Shown here: positions 57,760-64,000 of the stretch, piece by piece
How the letters are laid out: each line of letters starts with the position of its first letter
How positions within the stretch are numbered: the first letter of the stretch is position 1
Made by a program: the position numbers and the translations under genes
Notes under the pieces: model-generated
Databases searched by the model: none
What the model was told of the DNA's origin: nothing
Seen by the model: the letters and a program-made list of their open reading frames with translations, nothing else
Assembly: GCA_947177795.1 (NCBI GenBank)
Contig: CAMWVR010000002.1
Location: 25,764-89,763 of the forward strand
Length of the DNA stretch: 64,000 nucleotides
Reading direction: 5' to 3'
From: an uncultured Clostridia bacterium
Lineage (GTDB): Bacteria; Bacillota; Clostridia; Christensenellales; UBA3700

Positions 57760-58137
57760 ATGATGTATAACGATAAAGTAAAAGAGGCTTTTGCCAATCC
57801 CAAGAACGTGGGATTTATCGAAGACGCAGACGGAGTAGGCAAAGTAGGCAACGCCGCTTGCGGAGATATAATGGAGATCAGCCTCAAGATTAAGGACGAT
57901 AGGATAGTCGACGCAAAATTCAGGACGTTTGGCTGCGCTGCCGCAATAGCGACGAGTTCTACTGCCACGGAAATGGTCAAGGGTATGACTATCGAAGAGG
58001 CGTTGAATCTCACCAACGCAAGAGTCGTCGAAGAACTCGAAGGACTTCCGCCTCAAAAGATACACTGTAGCGTACTTGCAGAAGAAGCTATCAAAGAGGC
58101 TATCGAGGATTACAAAAAGAAAAAGGGCAATCTTTAA
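57760..58137 (+). CDS. nifU: Fe-S cluster assembly scaffold NifU/IscU
   Basis: 125 aa with NAACGD, FGCAAAIA and HCSVLAEEA, the three Cys ligands. Confidence 0.94.
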   Translation: MMYNDKVKEAFANPKNVGFIEDADGVGKVGNAACGDIMEISLKIKDDRIVDAKFRTFGCAAAIATSSTATEMVKGMTIEEALNLTNARVVEELEGLPPQKIHCSVLAEEAIKEAIEDYKKKKGNL

Positions 58138-58226
58138 TATTCGACCATTATTTGCCACTGTTGCTGCGCAATATAATTTCCCATTGCGTACACACTATGC
58201 AAGAGAAAAGCAAAGGAGGTGAGTCG

Positions 58227-58364
58227 ATGTTGAAAGCCGGATTGATGCTTGGCTTCGGCGCAGGCGTTTTGACAGCCGTCGTAGCTACTTCAAAAATGAA
58301 GAACACTATAATGGATCAGGGCAAGAAAATGCTCAAGGACAAAATAATCAAAGTTCTTGATTAA
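58227..58364 (+). CDS. Small (45 aa) membrane-associated protein
   Basis: ATG at 58227 after AAAGGAGGTG, with one hydrophobic helix (LKAGLMLGFGAGVLTAVVA) and a K-rich tail. The track ORF start at 58152 is an extension. Confidence 0.55.
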   Translation: MLKAGLMLGFGAGVLTAVVATSKMKNTIMDQGKKMLKDKIIKVLD

Positions 58365-58405
58365 CAATTAGTTCGTATTGCTTAATATCGGACTTTTAGA
58401 CAAAC

Positions 58406-58448
58406 AAAAAGCGACTGTCACAATCAAAATCAGTGATAGTCGCTTTTT
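58406..58448. terminator. Bidirectional intrinsic terminator
   Basis: AAAAAGCGACTGTCAC-(11 nt)-GTGATAGTCGCTTTTT, with an A-run and a T-run on either side, between convergent genes. Confidence 0.85.
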
Positions 58449-58461
58449 ATTTATTTAACTT

Positions 58462-59229
58462 TCAATATTGTCTTTTGCAAAAGTCGTTCTCGTTACTTGG
58501 CGGAGCGATATAGTCGCCGTTTTTGTCGTTGGTCTCAAAGATTATGTTGTCTACGTTTTTGACCGCCAAATCAAAGTTGCCATGAGTGCGTACAGTCCAA
58601 CCTATCATAATCATATCGGGATTTTCTTTGCAAATTTTTTGGTAGTATTTGCTTGGCAGATTTTTCAGAGAAGTTGCCAAAAAGTCGACGTAGCGATATT
58701 GTTTCATGCTCCTGACCATAATTCTATGCAAGGTATACCAATCGCAAAGTTGACCGAGTATTATTTCGGGATGATTTTTTGCCCACCAGCGCACGACGTA
58801 TGGATCGAACGATTCTATGCAATAATTGCCCTTATAGTTTTTGAGAGCCTCCCATATTTGCGAGCAAGTAATTTCGACTGCCTTGGTAGGTTTGATTTCA
58901 ATGACTAGTCCCACTTGTCCGTCGACAAGAGCAAGCGTTTGCTCAAAGGTGGGAATGGAGTAGTCGGTGTTCATCAATTTGTATTCTTCGAGTTTTGAAG
59001 AGTCGACTTGAGTGGTTTTGCCTGCCCGTCCGCAAGTGCGGTTGAGCTTTGGGTCGTGGTGGACGATGAGTTGTCCGTCGTCGGTGCGCCATACGTCGAA
59101 TTCTATTCCGTATCCGTGTCGGATAGCGTTTTCAAATGCGCCCAAAGAATTTTCGGGCAAAGTCTTATTGTTGTGAAGTCCTCTGTGAGCCACGGGTACG
59201 GCAGTCAACCATTTAGTATCTTTTTTCAT
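58462..59229 (-). CDS. Glycerophosphodiester phosphodiesterase family protein
   Basis: The start at 59229 (MKKDTKW) is preceded by AGGAGAT. Motifs are AHRGLH..PENSLGAF, GIEFDV and HHD. The track start at 59373 overlaps the upstream gene. Confidence 0.82.
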   Translation of the reverse strand: MKKDTKWLTAVPVAHRGLHNNKTLPENSLGAFENAIRHGYGIEFDVWRTDDGQLIVHHDPKLNRTCGRAGKTTQVDSSKLEEYKLMNTDYSIPTFEQTLALVDGQVGLVIEIKPTKAVEITCSQIWEALKNYKGNYCIESFDPYVVRWWAKNHPEIILGQLCDWYTLHRIMVRSMKQYRYVDFLATSLKNLPSKYYQKICKENPDMIMIGWTVRTHGNFDLAVKNVDNIIFETNDKNGDYIAPPSNENDFCKRQY

Positions 59230-59237
59230 TTTATCTC

Positions 59238-59846
59238 CTAATACCCCAAGGATTCGCCTATTATGACGATATATACGTTTTCTTGATATCTCGTGGGGTG
59301 GTGGGATATCAAAGTAGCGTTGCATATGCAGTCCTCGCTGTCGCACAGACAGCATTGTCCGCTCGTGGCGCAAGGCGTGTTTTTATTGAGTCTTTTTGCG
59401 TTGGGCGGAGCGGCGACATTGCGCGCTCTGTCTATTGCGCTTGCGAGGTCGGGAGCTATTTTGTTGGTTCCCAAGACGTAAAGGATGTTTTTCACGCCAA
59501 AAGCCAGCGCAGAAATTCTGTTTGCCGAGCCGTCGATATTGACGACGTCGCCCTCTTGGCTCAATGCGTTTGCGGACGATATATACCAATCGGCAGAGCC
59601 TGCGAGTTGATAGACCTTATCTCTCAGCTCGGGCGACACGAGAGCGTGCGAATAGACGGTATTGCCTCTTTCCGCAAGAGTATTATACAAGCCGAGTTCT
59701 TTGACGGTCATGCTTCCGCCGATACCCACGCTTGCGGTCTGCGGAATGAGGTTGAGCGCAAAGTCAACGGCGTCTTTTTTATCGTCGAAATAAAAGGGTT
59801 TAAAACCTCTTTTTGTAAGATTGTTGAGTAGGTTTTGTATTTGCAT
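59238..59846 (-). CDS. LUD-domain (lactate-utilisation LutC/YkgG-like) protein with a C-terminal Cys cluster
   Basis: ATG at 59846 after GGGGGA. The body is LUD-like (SVGIGGSMT...SSANALSQEGDVVNIDG.ANR) and the tail is CATSGQCCLCDSEDCIC. Confidence 0.7.
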   Translation of the reverse strand: MQIQNLLNNLTKRGFKPFYFDDKKDAVDFALNLIPQTASVGIGGSMTVKELGLYNTLAERGNTVYSHALVSPELRDKVYQLAGSADWYISSANALSQEGDVVNIDGSANRISALAFGVKNILYVLGTNKIAPDLASAIDRARNVAAPPNAKRLNKNTPCATSGQCCLCDSEDCICNATLISHHPTRYQENVYIVIIGESLGY

Positions 59847-59976
59847 ATTTTCCCCCAAATATATTTGCTAAAATCTGTATTTTTCTATATAATATAATAA
59901 ATTAGACTTGCTGTCAACCCCCATTGTCGGGATTGAGCAGGGGATTTGCTTAAAAATAAATCGGGTAGAGGAAGTT

Positions 59977-61773
59977 ATGCCTAAAGATCAATCCAACATA
60001 AGGAATTTTTGTATAGTAGCTCACATAGACCACGGCAAGAGTACGCTTGCCGACTGTATTATGGACGTCACGCAGACCGTAGCTAAGCGAGACGCCAAAG
60101 AGCAGCTTCTCGACAGTATGGATATCGAGAGGGAGAGAGGTATCACTATTAAACTTACGCCTGTGACCATGAAGTACAAATATAATGGCGAAGAATATAC
60201 TTTTAATTTGATCGACACTCCGGGACACGTTGACTTTACCTACGAGGTGTCGAGATCGCTCAAAGCGTGCGAGGGAGCGATACTCATTGTCGATGCATCG
60301 CAGGGTATAGAGGCGCAGACTTTGACCAACGTATATCTTGCGCTTGACAATGATCTTGAGATAATTCCCGTAATCAACAAAATAGACTTACCATCCGCTA
60401 GACCCGACGAAGTCAAGGCGGAGATAGAGGACGTCATAGGTCTTGACGCTCAAAATGCGCCGCTTATTTCTGCAAAGGAGTGTATTGGCATAGACGAAGT
60501 GCTCAAGCAAGTAATAGAGCTTTTGCCGCCCCCGAGCGGAAGTTACGACGCTCCGTTCAAAGCTTTGATATTCGATTCTTATTACGACTCTTACAAGGGC
60601 GCAATATCTTTTATCAGAGTTTTTGACGGCGAAGTCAAAGCGGGAGACAGAATAAAGATGTGCGTCACGGGCAAAGAATTCGAGGTCACCGAAGTGGGAG
60701 TATTCGTGCCAAAAATGCAGGCAAGAGATACGCTGTCGGCGGGCGACGTAGGTTATCTTTGCGCCAGTATCAAGAACGTCAGCGACACAAAAGTTGGAGA
60801 TACTATACTTATGGCAAGCGATAAGATTTCAAAGCCGCTCGACGGATACAAAGAAGCTTCGCCCATGGTATTTTCGGGCGTATATCCTGCGGACGGATCC
60901 AAGTATAACGACCTCAAAGACGCATTGGAAAAACTTAAACTCAACGACGCTTCGCTTATGTACGAACCCGAGGTGTCGACGGCGCTTGGCTTTGGTTTTA
61001 GATGTGGATTCTTGGGACTTTTGCATATGGAGATCATACAAGAGAGGTTGGAGAGAGAATTCGATCTCGACTTAGTGACGACTGCGCCCAGCGTATCTTA
61101 TAAAGTCATCAAGACCAACGGCGAGGAGATAATAGTGTCCAATCCGTCCAACTTGCCGCCTGCGGGCGACATTGACCATATGGAAGAGCCCGTAGTCAAC
61201 GCTTTTATCTATACGCCGCCCGAGTACGTCGGATCTATTATGGAACTTTGTCAGGACAAGCGAGGAGAGTTTATCAACCTCACTTATCTTGATACGACGA
61301 GAGTACGCATAGACTACGTCATGCCTCTCAACGAAATAATCTACGATTTCTTCGATACGCTCAAATCTCGTACTAGAGGTTATGCAAGTCTCGACTATGA
61401 GATAGCAGATTATAAGCGTAGCGATCTCGTCAAGTTGGATATGTTGCTCAACGGCGAAGTCTGCGACGCATTGAGCCTTATCGTGCACAAAGACAAGGCA
61501 TACGCAAGGGGCAGAGGTATTGCCGAAAAGCTAAAAGACGTAATACCAAGACAGCTTTTTGAGATACCTATCCAAGCTGCAATCGGCGGCAAGGTTATTG
61601 CAAGAGAGACCGTCAAGGCAATGCGCAAAGACGTGCTTGCCAAGTGTTACGGCGGAGATATTACCCGTAAGAAAAAGCTTCTTGAAAAACAAAAAGAGGG
61701 CAAGAAGCGTATGCGCCAAGTAGGTTCCGTAGAAGTGCCGAGCGAAGCATTCATGTCAATCCTGAAGATATGA
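59977..61773 (+). CDS. lepA: Translation elongation factor 4 (LepA)
   Basis: The ATG at 59977 gives [26 protein letters not shown]. Motifs are [13 protein letters not shown], and the LepA C-terminal domain. Confidence 0.96.
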   Translation: MPKDQSNIRNFCIVAHIDHGKSTLADCIMDVTQTVAKRDAKEQLLDSMDIERERGITIKLTPVTMKYKYNGEEYTFNLIDTPGHVDFTYEVSRSLKACEGAILIVDASQGIEAQTLTNVYLALDNDLEIIPVINKIDLPSARPDEVKAEIEDVIGLDAQNAPLISAKECIGIDEVLKQVIELLPPPSGSYDAPFKALIFDSYYDSYKGAISFIRVFDGEVKAGDRIKMCVTGKEFEVTEVGVFVPKMQARDTLSAGDVGYLCASIKNVSDTKVGDTILMASDKISKPLDGYKEASPMVFSGVYPADGSKYNDLKDALEKLKLNDASLMYEPEVSTALGFGFRCGFLGLLHMEIIQERLEREFDLDLVTTAPSVSYKVIKTNGEEIIVSNPSNLPPAGDIDHMEEPVVNAFIYTPPEYVGSIMELCQDKRGEFINLTYLDTTRVRIDYVMPLNEIIYDFFDTLKSRTRGYASLDYEIADYKRSDLVKLDMLLNGEVCDALSLIVHKDKAYARGRGIAEKLKDVIPRQLFEIPIQAAIGGKVIARETVKAMRKDVLAKCYGGDITRKKKLLEKQKEGKKRMRQVGSVEVPSEAFMSILKI

Positions 61774-61933
61774 GTTTGGCGATAAGCGAGGCGTCGCAAG
61801 TTTACACGGCAATAATGCTTACTCTACGTCTTCAAACTCACTTGACGTACAGCAAGTACGCCTGCATTCGTTTTCATCGTATAGAAAACATTCTTACTCG
61901 TGATAATCTTACGCCGCTCCCTTATCGCCAAAC
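61774..61933 (+). repeat. Type-2-related long-hairpin element (160 nt) with 13-bp perfect terminal inverted repeats
   Basis: The TIRs are GTTTGGCGATAAG...CTTATCGCCAAAC. The apical hairpin is CGTAC-AGCAA-GTACG. Internal blocks resemble 26281-26408. It starts 1 nt after the lepA stop. Confidence 0.8.
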
Positions 61934-61969
61934 TTGACGAGTGAGTATATAACTAATTCAAATTAATAT

Positions 61970-61996
61970 GTCATCTCGACCGAAGCGGAGAGATCT
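61970..61996 (+). repeat. Type-1 repeat unit
   Basis: GTCA-TCTC-GAC-CGAAGC-GGA-GAGA-TCT. Confidence 0.88.
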
Positions 61997-62019
61997 CAAT
62001 CAGTATAAATCTCAACATT

Positions 62020-63153
62020 ATGACACAAATCAAGCCAAGTCTAGGAATTTATATTCATATACCTTTTTGCAAGTCGCGTTGCATATACTGCGACTTTGTT
62101 TCTTCTGTCGACGACTGCTCGCAGAGAGATAAATACGTCGAGTATCTTTGCAGACAGATAAGGTCGGCGAGCGAGGATTTTTCCGACAAATATACTGTCG
62201 ACACGATTTACTTCGGCGGCGGTACGCCGACTTTGCTTGACGATAAGCAGTTTGATTTGATAAGCAAAGAGATTTTTAAGCGTTTCCATTGCGCTCTTAA
62301 GGAGTTTTCAGTCGAGGCAAATCCCTGCACTATTGATAGAGAAAAATTGATTACGCTTAAGAATATTGGAGTCACAAGACTGAGCATAGGCGTTCAGAGT
62401 TTTAATGACGAATTGCTCAAGATGCTTGGCAGACGGCACGACGCAAGGCGCGCAGAGGATGCGATCAGACTTGCCGTCGAGCTGGGATTTGACGTAAGCG
62501 TTGACGCAATGATAGGCTTGCCTAATCAAACAAAATTCGACGTCAAAGATTTTATAGACAGAGCCGATACGTTGGGAGTAGAGCATATATCGGTATATAT
62601 GTTGAGCGTAGAGGAAGGCACTGGGCTCAAAAGTCTTATCGAGCAAGGCAAGCTCATCGCCAAGAACGACGACCAACTTGCCGATTTGTATGAATACGCT
62701 TGTCTTTGTCTCAAAGAGCGAAATTTTCAAAGATACGAAATCTCCAACTTTTGCAAGAATCAAAAGGTGTCTCATCACAATTTGCGTTATTGGCAACGTC
62801 TAGATTATTTGGGACTCGGTATGGGCGCGCATTCTTTGACGAACGGAGAGCGATGGAATAATTCCGATAATTTCAAAGATTATTACGACGGCGTAGACAA
62901 AGGCGATTGCCGTCGCAATATCCAAAAATTGAGCAAAGAAGATATAGAGAGCGAATATATCATGCTTGCGTTTAGATTGCAAAAGGGGATAGATCTGTCA
63001 GAATTTAATAAGAAGTTCGGCGAGAATTTTTTGATGAAGTATTCTAAGGCTATAAAAAAGAATCTGGAATTTCTTGAAGTCACTTCGACAAGCGTAGCCA
63101 TAAAAGATAAATATCTTCAACTTATGAATTCGATAATCGTAGATTTTATATGA
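62020..63153 (+). CDS. hemW: Radical SAM family heme chaperone HemW (HemN-like, oxygen-independent coproporphyrinogen oxidase family)
   Basis: 377 aa with YIHIPFCKSRCIYCDF (CX3CX2C), GGGTP, and a HemN C-terminal domain, in the canonical lepA-hemW position. Confidence 0.88.
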   Translation: MTQIKPSLGIYIHIPFCKSRCIYCDFVSSVDDCSQRDKYVEYLCRQIRSASEDFSDKYTVDTIYFGGGTPTLLDDKQFDLISKEIFKRFHCALKEFSVEANPCTIDREKLITLKNIGVTRLSIGVQSFNDELLKMLGRRHDARRAEDAIRLAVELGFDVSVDAMIGLPNQTKFDVKDFIDRADTLGVEHISVYMLSVEEGTGLKSLIEQGKLIAKNDDQLADLYEYACLCLKERNFQRYEISNFCKNQKVSHHNLRYWQRLDYLGLGMGAHSLTNGERWNNSDNFKDYYDGVDKGDCRRNIQKLSKEDIESEYIMLAFRLQKGIDLSEFNKKFGENFLMKYSKAIKKNLEFLEVTSTSVAIKDKYLQLMNSIIVDFI

Positions 63154-63161
63154 CTTTATGT

Positions 63162-63187
63162 ATAAGTCTGCCCGAAGGCAAACTTAT
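63162..63187. terminator. Weak hairpin between convergent hemW and the small zinc-ribbon ORF
   Basis: ATAAGTCTGCC-CGAA-GGCAAACTTAT, with one mismatch (G.U on the minus-strand transcript) and no clear U-run. Confidence 0.35.
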
Positions 63188-63193
63188 CCCAAA

Positions 63194-63346
63194 TTACTTA
63201 CACTTCGTGAAAGAAGTGTTGTTGCAGTTGGGGCAGGGCGGCATTTTATCGCCGGCGTCGAGTCTGAGATCAAAGCCACAGTTTGTACAACTGTAACAAC
63301 CCTTGCCCGGCTTTTCGCCGGTGCTTACTTTTGCTACTCTTGCCAT
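63194..63346 (-). CDS. Small (50 aa) zinc-ribbon protein, below the ORF-track size cut-off
   Basis: The minus strand reads GGAGGTGCAAT-ATG. The product is MARVAKVSTGEKPGKGCYSCTNCGFDLRLDAGDKMPPCPNCNNTSFTKCK, with CxxC...CxxC, a strong RBS and correct spacing. Confidence 0.65.
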   Translation of the reverse strand: MARVAKVSTGEKPGKGCYSCTNCGFDLRLDAGDKMPPCPNCNNTSFTKCK

Positions 63347-63517
63347 ATTGCACCTCCAAGTTTTTATTGTTAATTTGAGTATTCACATTCCCGTCAAAGT
63401 TATTCATATGCTTAATATAAACCAAAAAAAATTCTCAAAAAATGCTAATTTTTACCTACATTGTAAAAAAATTGGCAAAGTTATGGACAAACTTTATTTT
63501 TATGTTATAATAAACTC

Positions 63518-64000
63518 ATGGAATTGCAAGCAAACGACAACGTGTGCGAAAACGTCGGTGACAGTGTCGAAACGTTGGAAGGAGTTCAACAGGAAAATTC
63601 CTCTCCGATAGCAGATAATGCCCAAAAAGACACGTCGAGTGACAATATACGGACTGACAGTAAAAAGTACGGAAAGAAATTTTCCGCAAGGATTTACAAG
63701 TATTTTTCACTCTTGACCTTTTTTATCTATTACCTCAACTTTATGTTGAGAATAGGTATGCGTTGTTCCAGCTACTTCAAGGAGCAAGGGATCACGACTT
63801 TTTCCGTATGGTGGTCCGTTATGACCGACAAGACGAAGTGGGCGGAGATTTGCGACGCAATATTCGATTGGTATACGATAACGCTTTTGGTATTTTTGTT
63901 TTTGTATTCCGTGGTATTTATTATTACCTTCATAAGGTTTTCGCCAAAACATAAAAAGACCTTCAAGTATTTCAAAAAAGGTTTCGTTATGGCAAGACGC
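63518..64000 (+). CDS. Hypothetical membrane protein, N-terminal part (runs off the window end)
   Basis: The frame is open from the ATG at 63518 to position 64000 (161 codons, in-frame stop upstream at 63464). There are two hydrophobic helices (FSLLTFFIYYLNFML; ITLLVFLFLYSVVFIITFI). It has no obvious RBS and is not in the ORF track because it lacks a stop. Confidence 0.4.
   Translation, partial: MELQANDNVCENVGDSVETLEGVQQENSSPIADNAQKDTSSDNIRTDSKKYGKKFSARIYKYFSLLTFFIYYLNFMLRIGMRCSSYFKEQGITTFSVWWSVMTDKTKWAEICDAIFDWYTITLLVFLFLYSVVFIITFIRFSPKHKKTFKYFKKGFVMARR

Noticed and set aside
59283-59831. 182-aa plus-strand ORF
   Set aside because: It is antisense to the LUD-domain gene, which has clear family motifs, so it is a shadow ORF.
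63707-63975. 81-aa and 67-aa minus-strand ORFs and a 63-aa plus-strand ORF near the window end
   Set aside because: They overlap a longer plus-strand frame that is open to the window edge and encodes plausible TM helices. None has an RBS, and their compositions look like shadow frames. The plus-frame call itself is only moderate confidence.
1-64000. Search by eye for tRNA, rRNA, tmRNA, SRP RNA, transposase, integrase, or toxin-antitoxin and defence gene pairs
   Set aside because: I found nothing convincing. The intergenic spacers are accounted for by repeats, promoters, terminators and one riboswitch. A covariance-model scan would be needed to exclude small RNAs rigorously.

Overview
This 64-kb chromosomal segment looks like a moderate-GC Bacillota (Clostridia-like) genome, judged from gene content and synteny. 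It is almost entirely housekeeping. In order: floA (5'-truncated), citrate synthase, an M28 peptidase, a 1629-aa surface/membrane giant protein, a PlsC-like acyltransferase, a TetR regulator, maa, and a COG2509 FAD protein. Then asd-dapA-dapB behind a lysine riboswitch, hslO, smc-ftsY, and ylxM-ffh-rpsP-KH-rimM-trmD-DUF1292-rbgA-rnhB-yraN-rplS. Then comM(yifB)-dprA-topA-trmFO-hslVU, hisS-aspS, tcdA, glyA, Rrf2-nifS-nifU, lepA-hemW, and a few orphan proteins. I saw no rRNA, tRNA, CRISPR array, cas gene, transposase or integrase. The most unusual content is non-coding. (1) At least 26 complete and about 10 truncated copies of a 27-38 nt structured repeat, GTCA-N4-GA-S-[loop]-S'-GA-N4'-TCT, sit in 14 intergenic spacers. 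The N4/N4' boxes and the S/S' pair covary between copies. The loops are built from 1, 2 or 3 copies of a C-GNA-G pentamer. (2) A second family of 125-160 nt long-hairpin elements with terminal inverted repeats lies immediately 3' of smc, tcdA and lepA. (3) Modular or composite arrangements of these units occur, including a 417-bp block bounded by inverted units. Secondary points are an AT-rich-looking three-gene islet (APH-like kinase, XRE regulator, lipoprotein) between ftsY and ylxM, bracketed by two hairpins with identical 10-nt arms. There are also several orphan proteins: the giant protein, a CBM-like plus polytopic-membrane lipoprotein, a 604-aa protein translationally coupled to hslO, a 547-aa double zinc-ribbon protein, and an untracked 50-aa zinc-ribbon ORF. 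All protein calls rest on motif recognition by eye; no database search was possible.
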